Virus record (IMG/VR): IMGVR_UViG_2061766007_000378
Origin: an uncultured virus (IMG/VR IMGVR_UViG_2061766007_000378)
Taxonomy: Duplodnaviria; Heunggongvirae; Uroviricota; Caudoviricetes
Length of the DNA: 20,000 nt
Reading direction: 5' to 3' (one strand)
In this document: piece by piece, positions 1-8,517 of the stretch
Position numbering within the stretch: position 1 is the stretch's first letter
How the letters are laid out: each line of letters opens with the position of its first letter
The notes under the pieces: generated by a model
What the model saw: only the letters and a program-made list of their open reading frames with translations
Database searches by the model: none
Told to the model about the DNA's origin: nothing
Translations under genes and position numbers: made by a program

Positions 1-370
1 AAGCAACTTTTGCGCCGTCTTTAATGTTGGCCACAGTTGCGCCAGCATCAATACCGACAGCAATATAACCATTCAGCAGAAGGTTGATTGCTTCTCCGGG
101 TTTCGTAACAACTTCGTAAGACGGGCCAGCAGGATACTGCGTAGCCAGTTTTACATTTGTGCCGAGCAGAATGCCGGCGATATCAGAAACGGCAGAAATG
201 GCGGTAGTAGGAACAGCGTATTCACCCTGAGTTGCGCCATAGACAAGCACATCACCAAAATGAGCATCTGCGGAGCCACCAAGCAAGCCGCCCTGAACAT
301 TGTACTTATCAGAAACTGTCGGGTAACCTTTGATCAGTTTCCGAATACTTTTCTTAATGATCAGACCCAT
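1..370 (-). CDS. Head decoration/cement protein (Gp24-like), runs off the left end of the window
   Basis: Not in the ORF track. ATG at 370 with GGAGG RBS (GGAGGAAAATAACAATG); open to base 1: MGLIIKKSIRKLIKGYPTVSDKYNVQGGLLGGSADAHFGDVLVYG...IAGILLGTNVK...PGEAINLLLNGYIAVGID. The G-Y-P start, FGD motif, 'AGI' and 'L-x-G-Y-I-x-V' pattern, and the position after the scaffold fit cement proteins of DUF2213-type head modules. Confidence 0.7.
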   Translation of the reverse strand, partial: MGLIIKKSIRKLIKGYPTVSDKYNVQGGLLGGSADAHFGDVLVYGATQGEYAVPTTAISAVSDIAGILLGTNVKLATQYPAGPSYEVVTKPGEAINLLLNGYIAVGIDAGATVANIKDGAKVA

Positions 371-372
371 TG

Positions 373-930
373 TTATTTTCCTCCGTAATATTTTGCCCAA
401 GACTGAGCGATTTCATCATCAATAGCAATAGAATCATCTGTATCTACTGCTTTGGTTTCAATAGCACCAAAAGATTTCTTGGAATCATGAGTTTTGGCAT
501 CACCAATAACTTCTTCAGATTCTTCAATTTCTTCTGTTTTGTCATCTTCAGGAATTTCAAGCAGGTCTTCATCGGAATCTTTTTCTTTTGCGGGGAGACC
601 TTCGAGCTCTTCCTTTACTGACTTTTCATCCAGCTCTTCGTCGAGATCTTCTTCATCATCGTCTTTTTTGCCGGATTTCTTTTCGCCGACAAGTTCCAGA
701 AGAGCATCTGCTTTCTTCAGGAGTTTTCTAATCAGCTCAAGTTCTTTGTCAGACAGCGCCTTCGTAACAGCATCTTCACAGGATCCGTCTTTTGCACATG
801 TATCTTCGCAAGATTCGTCTTTTGCGCATGCTTCTTCGCCAGTTTTAAAACGAAGCTGCTGCGGATCTTCAGAATCTTTTGTACGACGGAGCGGTCTTTT
901 TTCATCAGTATTAATAATTCTGAATTTCAT
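373..930 (-). CDS. Putative capsid scaffolding protein (185 aa, very acidic)
   Basis: ATG at 930 just after the N-gap (MKFRIINTDEK...). Acidic low-complexity body with a short C-terminal helix (IDDEIAQSWAKYYGGK). Contains TKDS/THDS/TDDS motifs and lies directly upstream of the cement gene. The ORF track fuses it to the upstream gene through Ns. Confidence 0.65.
   Translation of the reverse strand: MKFRIINTDEKRPLRRTKDSEDPQQLRFKTGEEACAKDESCEDTCAKDGSCEDAVTKALSDKELELIRKLLKKADALLELVGEKKSGKKDDDEEDLDEELDEKSVKEELEGLPAKEKDSDEDLLEIPEDDKTEEIEESEEVIGDAKTHDSKKSFGAIETKAVDTDDSIAIDDEIAQSWAKYYGGK
772..831. repeat. Two imperfect 30-bp tandem repeats encoding ACAKDESCED / TCAKDGSCED in the scaffold
   Basis: atcttcacaggatccgtcttttgcacatgt (772-801) and atcttcgcaagattcgtcttttgcgcatgc (802-831). 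Confidence 0.85.
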
Positions 931-1076
931 TAGAANNNNNNNNNNNNNNNNNNNNNNNNNNNNNNNNNNNNNNNNNNNNNNNNNNNNNNNNNNNNNNNNN
1001 NNNNNNNNNNNNNNNNNNNNNNNNNNNNNNNNNNNNNNNNNNNNNNNNNNNNNNNNNNNNNNNNNNNNNNNNNNNN

Positions 1077-1530
1077 TTCTTAAATCATATAGATACTTAT
1101 TTTCATCATTAACCTGCAAGATATTTGAAAGAGTTGCATTTGAAATAAGCGTTATTTCTATCTGATTTTTAATGTGGTCTTCAATCGGAATAGACAATTT
1201 TTTCAATTTTTGTTCAATTGTTTTCTTTGTCCATCCTTTTTCAAAAACCCCAATAAACGCTTCGTCTATAAACTTATTAATCACTTCATTTGCCCATAGA
1301 ACGCATTGTTTTAAAATTGGCCGCGGAGGGATAGTCATCGTACCGAATTCCGTAAAGTACATAACTTCACCGAGAGTCATAGTAATTTTTGTTACTGTAT
1401 CGTCGGTATTTAAAATACTAACTTCTGCCGGAAGATGACTATCATTTAAAAGACCGAATTCTATTTTATAGTTATTGAGCGTATCAAAAACTTCAATTTG
1501 TTTAATCAAAGCTTTGATTTCATTAACCAT
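1077..1530 (-). CDS. Neck / tail-completion-type morphogenesis protein (HK97 gp10-like); 3' end lost in the N-gap
   Basis: Motifs 'KIEFGL' and 'LGEVMYFTEFGTMTIPPRPILKQ' match the EFG-x3-IPPRP signature of this family. The start abuts the protease stop codon. Confidence 0.7.
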
Positions 1531-3594
1531 TTATTTCGCCTTTCTCCACTGATCATATACGTATTCATAATCTGAACCGATTATATCAGCCAGCTTTTTA
1601 AAGCAGCGTTCACGAATGCCAGAGTCATTAACTCCAAGAGTTTTATAAACATCTTGACGAGCGTCAAGCGCATTAAAGAGATCCATAAAAGTTACGCCGT
1701 CTTTTATATCATTTCCAAGATCATCTGTCGGAAAAGTTTCGCAATACCATTCTTTGATCTTCATAGACGGGGTATCGTCATTAGAATCTTCAGTAAGCGC
1801 AGCTTTATCAATCGATTTTTCATATCCTTCAAGTTCTTCTTTAAGCGCTTCATAAAGTTTGCGGCGCTGTCTATTATAATCTTTCTTAAAAGGATTTTTT
1901 TCGATTGCATCCTCGTTTTCTCTCTTAATCCGTTTGATCTGTTTTTCGATCTCTTTCTTCCCTTCTTCGTAAAAATATTTAGAATAATCGGCATCTGACA
2001 GTTTTGCTTTTTCTACAATAGGATCAGAACCCATAACAACAATATCTTCACGATTAAGATCCGTATATTGGATCAAGTATTCAACGATTGCTTCAATAGA
2101 ATCGAAGTTATTAAAATTATTAATCAATCTTGCGTTCTGAATCTTCGCATTATAATTACCGATCGGCGTACCGTAATAAGAGTCGTTCTTTTTATAGATT
2201 ACGTATTTGTTTGCTGAATCAGTAACCGTAGGAGCAGTAAATTTTACTTTGATCCATTTATACTTGCCATCTTTGTTTTCTAATGCTTCAGCTTCTTCTT
2301 TTGAAAATTCAGGAGCATCTTTAGAATACATGTACTGAGCTTTGCCATTACCAATATAAAACAATGCTTTATTATCATCAGTCATTGTATCGTCGGCATA
2401 GATGATATATTTTTCATTGTCTTCAATTTTTACATCTCCAATATCATAACCTTCAACAAACGTAAGTGGCTCGCCATGGGATTCAATCGCTTCTTGGCAA
2501 TACGGACAGAGCCAACCAAGATTTACTTCTTTACGACAGTCTGATTTGGGATATTCTTCATCGCACCAAGCGCATTTTATAGTTTCTTCATCATTATCTG
2601 TTATACGGCTATCTTCAATGGGCTGCTTTCTTCCGATAAAATAAGCATTTACTTCGTTTACTTTCCAGTCATCAGTAGCATAGAGAGAAACCATAAACAT
2701 ATCGCTATAACCGTCAAGACTAAAATAATAATCTTTTCTATGTGCTCCGTCAACATCATACCATCCATCAATTTTCTCACGGATCGGTTCATATCCCATT
2801 GCTTTAATGGGATCAATAACTTCATTAATATCGGCGTCATGATCCATAAATTTAGATACGGCGCTGAGATATTTACTAAGTTTTCTTTTTTCAGCTGCGG
2901 GTAACATAGCAAGCTTAGTATCTTTCATATCTCGTTTCTCCCAATAAGAATTTGCAACGGCAAACCGCTGTTTTCTGTCAGGGTATTCTTTCTTAGTTTC
3001 TTTCATAAAACGAGCAAGAAAATCTTTTCTGTTTTCACCTTTACGAGGATTAACGTCTTCGATTTTTGATTTGCTATCAATTATCTTTGCAATTCCTGCT
3101 CGTCCTTCTTCGCATAATGCGATATGGTTACCACGGATATTAATCTGCTCGGGGTTATCTCCCTTAGTAATATCGCAATCATATCCGCAAGAAAGTTCGG
3201 TCCGAATTCCGTTTTCAATGTCATCTATTGTTTGAGCATCAGTGATAACAAGATCGCCGATCATTACGTCTTGCCCATTAAATTTTCCTTTACGAATATT
3301 TCTCGTATGACCAACGGCATATTCAGAATAATTATCCGGGCCGACGTTTTCATCGGGATGTTCGATCGTAATCGGTTTATCTTCAAATGACGCAAGAGCT
3401 TCTGTAGAGAATACCTGTTCGGGTTTTCTTTTCACTTTTATAAGTCTGTCTTCTCCATCAAAATCTTCATAGATTTCAGACATTAAATAATCCTGTTCAC
3501 CTGTACGAGCAAGGATTGCATCTTGACAAATCAAATATCCTTCTGGCGTCTTTGACTTATGCTCGCTAAGTTTTTCTTTAATAAGTATTCTCAT
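1531..3594 (-). CDS. DUF2213-type prohead protease with a long multi-module C-terminal extension (687 aa)
   Basis: aa 1-173 (3076-3594) carry TPEGYL, ARTGEQDY, VFS-x-EALASFEDKPITIEHP, ELSCGY and NHIALCEEGRAG, typical of DUF2213; likely catalytic His79/Ser135. GAGG RBS. The remaining ~510 aa are a string of unrelated small domains, including a CxxC...CxxC zinc finger. Confidence 0.9.
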   Translation of the reverse strand: MRILIKEKLSEHKSKTPEGYLICQDAILARTGEQDYLMSEIYEDFDGEDRLIKVKRKPEQVFSTEALASFEDKPITIEHPDENVGPDNYSEYAVGHTRNIRKGKFNGQDVMIGDLVITDAQTIDDIENGIRTELSCGYDCDITKGDNPEQINIRGNHIALCEEGRAGIAKIIDSKSKIEDVNPRKGENRKDFLARFMKETKKEYPDRKQRFAVANSYWEKRDMKDTKLAMLPAAEKRKLSKYLSAVSKFMDHDADINEVIDPIKAMGYEPIREKIDGWYDVDGAHRKDYYFSLDGYSDMFMVSLYATDDWKVNEVNAYFIGRKQPIEDSRITDNDEETIKCAWCDEEYPKSDCRKEVNLGWLCPYCQEAIESHGEPLTFVEGYDIGDVKIEDNEKYIIYADDTMTDDNKALFYIGNGKAQYMYSKDAPEFSKEEAEALENKDGKYKWIKVKFTAPTVTDSANKYVIYKKNDSYYGTPIGNYNAKIQNARLINNFNNFDSIEAIVEYLIQYTDLNREDIVVMGSDPIVEKAKLSDADYSKYFYEEGKKEIEKQIKRIKRENEDAIEKNPFKKDYNRQRRKLYEALKEELEGYEKSIDKAALTEDSNDDTPSMKIKEWYCETFPTDDLGNDIKDGVTFMDLFNALDARQDVYKTLGVNDSGIRERCFKKLADIIGSDYEYVYDQWRKAK

Positions 3595-3615
3595 ACCTTA
3601 CCTCATTTATAATAA

Positions 3616-5301
3616 TTATTTTTCAGATTCTTTTACAATAGAAAACTTATTTTTCGGTGCCTCTTCATGTTTATAAACTCTTCTAAACCCATCGCTATTG
3701 CTTTTAATGTTTTTAATCAATTCATCACAAAGCTTATATAAACGATCATAAGGACCAAATGCTTCTCCAGTATCTTTATCTAAAGCATAGAATCCGTCTT
3801 CATCAAAATCAATTTCAAATGGACCAATTTCATAAGTTTTATGATATTTAAAAAGCTTAGTAAGCCATTCGATATCTTTTAATTCATCAATCCATTTCTG
3901 CTTTACTTCATTTTGATGATTAATCGGATTTATATCTTTTGCTTTAGAATCAGCAAAATTATATGTATTATATTCATTAATCATAAAATTTTTAAGCTCA
4001 TCAATTGCTTCTTTATGATTATTAAAAAAGCTTTTAATGTGATTCCCATCATGATATACCCTTATCATGGTTTTTGGATCAATTTTTAAAATTTCAAATG
4101 CGAAATCTTCATATGGATTTCCGATCATAACAACTTTTTTTTCTGGAAAATCATATGTGTAAACAAAATCTAACCCTTCTGCTACAGTATCAAAATCATA
4201 TTGTTCATCCGATTTTAAAGGTTCAGAATCTCTAACTTTAGAATCCTGTAAGCTCTCATAATATTCATAATCATCCGGTTCTTCTTCACGCAGAGACGCT
4301 AACGGAATATCGTAAATATCGATCTGTTTATAACCGAGAGCGTTCAATACGCTGTCAAGGTTATCAGTATCATGACCAAGCTCTTCATCCTTATAAGTAA
4401 CGAGGATCGCCTGTTTACCGCCAATAGTTACTTTCATGATCTTAAAATCAGCGGGATCGTCGCCGTATTTTTCCCACTCTTCCTCTTCAATGACTTTGGC
4501 GTATTCAGGATCATCGGCCTTTAATTCAACAGCGTTTTCTTTAATATCATTAAGCGCTTCTTCAAAGCTGATATAGTCACCGGCCGGATCCATCCATACA
4601 TCGTCCGGATCGATTTCAAGATCGGTCCTATCAGAATATACTGCAAGTTCATAGCTTTCGGGATAGCTACCTTCCCAAGGACCGGTATAACGGCCGGGAT
4701 CATAACTAACGATTTTAACGGAATCTTTTGTCTGATTTTTTCTACGCATAGCGGTCTCCTTTTTATCTTCTTCAATTGTTTCTTCTGCTTCACTGTACGT
4801 ATCGGCAGATGCAAAGAACTTACGATTTTTCAGGATTTCAAAATGACCTTTAACTCTATTAATAATATAACTGTCTTCAGTCTCATCGATAGAATCTTTT
4901 GTTAAAATCTTTTTCTCATTCAGGTCAATTAATGCATGGCGTTCATACCTATCAAGAAGTCTCTTTGATTGATGCTTATCGGCGTCATCATATTCATCAA
5001 GAGCACATACACAAATGTTTCTAAAAACAACGTCATAGTATAATTTTCCGTCTGCGTTCTCGTCTTCAAAATCTCCTTGATCAATACCCTTCATAACGTC
5101 ATCTATTGTAAGATCAAAAATCTTATCGAGAAGCGGTTTTACGTCTTCAAAAGTTACATCTTTGTATTCCTTTTCAAGGCCGCAAAAATCAAGATAGTTA
5201 TTATTATATGTCGAAAGGTTTTCAACGACTTCATAACTTCCGGCAAAATACCTCCAACCGTTATTGTCAAACATAAATTCAACCACGGATTTGTATGCCA
5301 T
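3616..5301 (-). CDS. Acidic modular protein of unknown function, candidate internal head polyprotein (~561-563 aa)
   Basis: Long ORF. GAGG RBS spacing favours the ATG at 5301 over 5307. Repeated TKDS/TEDS/LQDS/VRDS/FADS linkers; directly upstream of the protease gene. Confidence 0.75.
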   Translation of the reverse strand: MAYKSVVEFMFDNNGWRYFAGSYEVVENLSTYNNNYLDFCGLEKEYKDVTFEDVKPLLDKIFDLTIDDVMKGIDQGDFEDENADGKLYYDVVFRNICVCALDEYDDADKHQSKRLLDRYERHALIDLNEKKILTKDSIDETEDSYIINRVKGHFEILKNRKFFASADTYSEAEETIEEDKKETAMRRKNQTKDSVKIVSYDPGRYTGPWEGSYPESYELAVYSDRTDLEIDPDDVWMDPAGDYISFEEALNDIKENAVELKADDPEYAKVIEEEEWEKYGDDPADFKIMKVTIGGKQAILVTYKDEELGHDTDNLDSVLNALGYKQIDIYDIPLASLREEEPDDYEYYESLQDSKVRDSEPLKSDEQYDFDTVAEGLDFVYTYDFPEKKVVMIGNPYEDFAFEILKIDPKTMIRVYHDGNHIKSFFNNHKEAIDELKNFMINEYNTYNFADSKAKDINPINHQNEVKQKWIDELKDIEWLTKLFKYHKTYEIGPFEIDFDEDGFYALDKDTGEAFGPYDRLYKLCDELIKNIKSNSDGFRRVYKHEEAPKNKFSIVKESEK

Positions 5302-5335
5302 GTTCATATACCTCGCTTATAAAGTTTCTATTTAT

Positions 5336-5341
5336 ATTGTA
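5336..5341 (-). promoter_or_regulatory. Possible -10 box (TACAAT) of a promoter for the head-gene block
   Basis: AT-rich intergenic region about 35 nt upstream of the 5301 start; the -35 position falls in the N-gap 5348-5402. Confidence 0.35.
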
Positions 5342-5402
5342 TATTAANNNNNNNNNNNNNNNNNNNNNNNNNNNNNNNNNNNNNNNNNNNNNNNNNNNNN
5401 NN

Positions 5403-5787
5403 AAGAAATATTAATTGTTTCATTATATACAGTATCAATATCTGCATAAAATGAATACACATGCGATTTCTGATCAACGGACGATTTATAATTAATAATC
5501 GATCTAACCGCTGGGTGAGCATTAATAATATTTACGATTGCCGCGTCATTAATAGCTTTATTTCTTATCTTATTAAATAACGGCAACCCGTAATTAATAC
5601 TATACCAAAGCTCACCCTGTATAATGCCAAGACGTGCGGTAAGCGATTTGCTCACCATTTCGGCATTATTTTCAATATAGTTTTCAGCCGGAAGTTTTCC
5701 GCCCGTTTCGGTATTCTTTCCACAGCTTCCGAACCAAACGATATTATAAGATCCGTCTTCCTGTTTAATAATATTCCTACACTTCAT
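5403..5787 (-). CDS. gp25/gpW-like baseplate wedge (sheath initiator) protein; stop lies in the N-gap
   Basis: 'EMVSKSLTARLGIIQGELWYSINYGLPLF' and 'HPAVRSIINY...IDTVY' match the family pattern. GGAG RBS; about 128 aa visible. Confidence 0.8.
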
Positions 5788-5797
5788 ATTTTACTCC

Positions 5798-6526
5798 TTA
5801 GGTAAATACGCCGTACCTGAATCCAGGTTCGTTCTGATGGCTATAATCCGGATCAAACGTATATTCATATTCACCCGTATATTCTGTATCGAATCTTATC
5901 GGGAAAGTAAACATACCGAGATGTTTAGAATATTGAATGCCAAGACTTTCGATTAATAATTTATCCGAAAGGAAAAGTTTAACGAGGTTACTGTTATATC
6001 CGTCTTGCCATTTTTCAAGTTCTTCCGATCCGCAGAAATATACGTCGCAGCTAAGAGAAGCGCTTCCCCAAACGTATTTAATTCCGGTAACTTGTCCAAT
6101 AATTGTATCGCTGCTATATAAATCGCGGATTTCTTTATTCGTGCCTTGATAATTTAATTTTGAAATACTTACCAAAATATAAATATATAAGTCGCGATTA
6201 TTAAGAGTGATTATTTCCGTTACCGTTCCGCCGTCTCCGGGATAAGTTACTTCAAGCGTTCTTTCTATCCCGAATATATCTGCGAGCATATCGAGGATCG
6301 CGTCTTCCGTACCGTCAGGATCAATATTATTTCTTGTAAAATAATCGATTTCGCTTGTAAGATTATAAAGATCAAAACGACTGACTAACCCGTCGGCAAT
6401 ATCGTTTATATTGTTTAAGATAGAAATATATCCGTAAAGTCTTTCTTTTATCCCATATGAATCTTTCATAAACATAGAAAGATTCTCAAGATAAAAATCT
6501 TTTGAAAGTAAGCGCTCTTTTAACAT
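5798..6526 (-). CDS. Baseplate wedge protein (DUF2612 / gpI-like)
   Basis: 'AILDMLADIFGIER' and 'LNNRDLYIYILVSISKLNYQGT' follow the LD-x2-G/A-x3-G-x2-R ... L-x-D ... N-x2-GT pattern; directly follows baseplate J. Confidence 0.75.
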   Translation of the reverse strand: MLKERLLSKDFYLENLSMFMKDSYGIKERLYGYISILNNINDIADGLVSRFDLYNLTSEIDYFTRNNIDPDGTEDAILDMLADIFGIERTLEVTYPGDGGTVTEIITLNNRDLYIYILVSISKLNYQGTNKEIRDLYSSDTIIGQVTGIKYVWGSASLSCDVYFCGSEELEKWQDGYNSNLVKLFLSDKLLIESLGIQYSKHLGMFTFPIRFDTEYTGEYEYTFDPDYSHQNEPGFRYGVFT

Positions 6527-6538
6527 ATTATTTCTCCG

Positions 6539-8005
6539 TTAAGAAAATACAAGAGTCCCCGTTGTAACTCCATTTGAAGTAGAATAGCTCAGCGAAACGT
6601 CGTCCTTATCATACTCAAAATAAGTAAGCGGAGCAACGAACCGTTTAACATGCTCGAAACCGGTATCGACATAGGAATCAGTCATATAAAACGTATGCTG
6701 TCCTTTATATAAGCTATCGGCATTTAAAATAACGGCCTGGAGATCGGATATAAGGATCGCTTCATTAAGACCGATATTTTTTAAGTAATCGAGCGCGCTA
6801 TCGATCATTGCGTTTTCAAGATCTGAGTATTCATACGTTCCGCCGGAAGTTTGTCCCGGAATAAACCCTTGCTGAGTAACAAATTGAACAGTGATTTCTG
6901 GATGTATCGGAGTGCATTTTTTCCATTTAATGCTCGTCGTAATGCCAGTTGCGATTTGCAGATCGACTGATTTATTTTCGCCGGAGTCTTCATCCGGAGC
7001 AGTTGCGGATAGGTATCCAGTGGTATTAACCCCGGGAGTTAATGAATTATAAATAAGATTTGCGATCTCATTGTCATCCGTCGGATATACGTCGCTATAC
7101 CGCAAAGCGATATAAATATCATGATTTGCAATCACAGTATCGTCTTTTGTATCGGACTCAGTTGTTCCCATAATCGTTTCAACCGCTTTTGAAGTTCCGG
7201 TTACATTATTAATAATATATACGTCATCGATCATGGGAGACTCATAAAGGTCCGCTTCAAGACCGGCCATAGTCGTAACACTGTTCTGACCGATATACGA
7301 GTAACGTCTTGATTTAAGGGAAGTATCCGTTTCTTCGTTATTTCCTATCACTGCGTCCCAATTTTGGTACACTTTAAAATAAACAGTATCCGGTCCGGCA
7401 AAATCAACGTGATAAATATCTCCGTTTATTTCTTCAAAATTTGCGGCGTTCCAGTTAATCGCGCTCGGATCAATGACTTGCGTAGCCGCTCTTGCCGCAC
7501 TGATCGCTCCTCTAATAGAACATGTAAATTCAATAACCTGCGGAACGTTCGGTTCAAACGTCGTAATAAGGTTTCCGACAAGATCCGTTGTATTATCCCA
7601 ATACCAGGTATTGTCAGATCTATCATGGAGTTCGATTCTTGCCGGCTGCTGACTTAACACCTGCGATACTCTTACGTAAAGTTTAGCTGTCGAAGGAGTC
7701 GCATCCTTACGATGAACATTCGTTAAGGAACAGAGAATATCAAGGTATTTGCCCGTTGCGGTAAACGGATTCACCTGCGTATAAAGATTATCGATCAATC
7801 TGTAAACGTTATTTAAAATCAGCGCTTCCATATTAATATACTGATTATCAACGCTCGCAGCGGATAAGTCGATATCGTTTCCGTAAATAGATTTCATCTC
7901 CTTGATGATCGCGTCTCTTATTTGCGGAAATTGCGCGGTTTCAATTCCGTTCTCCGTTATTTTTCCAAGTTCATCATAAGAGAAAGACAAATTGCTTAAT
8001 GACAT
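6539..8005 (-). CDS. Baseplate J / Mu gp47-like wedge protein
   Basis: 'ITENGI', 'IYGNDIDL', 'NPFTATGKYLDILCSLTNVHRKDATPST' and 'GNNEETDTSLKSRR' are baseplate-J hallmarks; GGGAGG RBS. Confidence 0.9.
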   Translation of the reverse strand: MSLSNLSFSYDELGKITENGIETAQFPQIRDAIIKEMKSIYGNDIDLSAASVDNQYINMEALILNNVYRLIDNLYTQVNPFTATGKYLDILCSLTNVHRKDATPSTAKLYVRVSQVLSQQPARIELHDRSDNTWYWDNTTDLVGNLITTFEPNVPQVIEFTCSIRGAISAARAATQVIDPSAINWNAANFEEINGDIYHVDFAGPDTVYFKVYQNWDAVIGNNEETDTSLKSRRYSYIGQNSVTTMAGLEADLYESPMIDDVYIINNVTGTSKAVETIMGTTESDTKDDTVIANHDIYIALRYSDVYPTDDNEIANLIYNSLTPGVNTTGYLSATAPDEDSGENKSVDLQIATGITTSIKWKKCTPIHPEITVQFVTQQGFIPGQTSGGTYEYSDLENAMIDSALDYLKNIGLNEAILISDLQAVILNADSLYKGQHTFYMTDSYVDTGFEHVKRFVAPLTYFEYDKDDVSLSYSTSNGVTTGTLVFS

Positions 8006-8006
8006 G

Positions 8007-8501
8007 TTAACCTCCCAATCTTGGCGCTCTATCTAATTTTATTGTGTATGTATAACCGTTATAAATAATTTCAAGATAATGATCCGATCCAGAAGGATAA
8101 TACCGTAATTTTATAAGATCTCCGCCTTCAACAATAACGGCAGATTGCTGAGTATGCAATGCTTCGGGGTTTACCGCCTGTACCGGAGTTCTATAATTGC
8201 CGGTAAGATTTTGTATAAATACGAGATCAGTATACGCAAGGACTACGATCTGATCTTTTTTAAACGCCCGACAATCTAGCACATACGCTTCGATCGAATA
8301 CTCTTCTTGCCCTTCTCGTAACGGAAACGGATTGACTTTTACAATGCCGTATTTTTTAGTATCGTCGTATTTTTGAACCGTTTCTTTATATAAAGCAAGA
8401 CTTGAAGAATTAATACCGTTTACGATATTATTTTTTAATAAAGATAAAATAGAAAGAAGGGAATTATTTTGGTCTATTTTATAAATGCTATTATAATCCA
8501 T
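8007..8501 (-). CDS. Baseplate spike protein, Gp138-like N-terminal OB-fold, unusually short (164 aa)
   Basis: Located between hub and J. 'VQKYD...VKVNP', 'KKDQIVVLAYTD' and 'HTQQSAVIV' parallel Gp138-type spike N-domains. Confidence 0.65.
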   Translation of the reverse strand: MDYNSIYKIDQNNSLLSILSLLKNNIVNGINSSSLALYKETVQKYDDTKKYGIVKVNPFPLREGQEEYSIEAYVLDCRAFKKDQIVVLAYTDLVFIQNLTGNYRTPVQAVNPEALHTQQSAVIVEGGDLIKLRYYPSGSDHYLEIIYNGYTYTIKLDRAPRLGG

Positions 8502-8517
8502 AAATAATCCCTTCTTT

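Noticed and set aside
494..1165. Ser-rich plus-strand ORF and other plus-strand track ORFs (e.g. 10246-10734, 16958-17359, 17236-17850)
   Set aside because: These are antisense shadows of well-supported minus-strand genes, with no RBS or recognisable motifs.
373..1530. Single 385-aa ORF from the track
   Set aside because: It reads through 141 Ns. The two halves are unrelated (neck-type versus acidic scaffold), and a Met starts the second half just after the gap.
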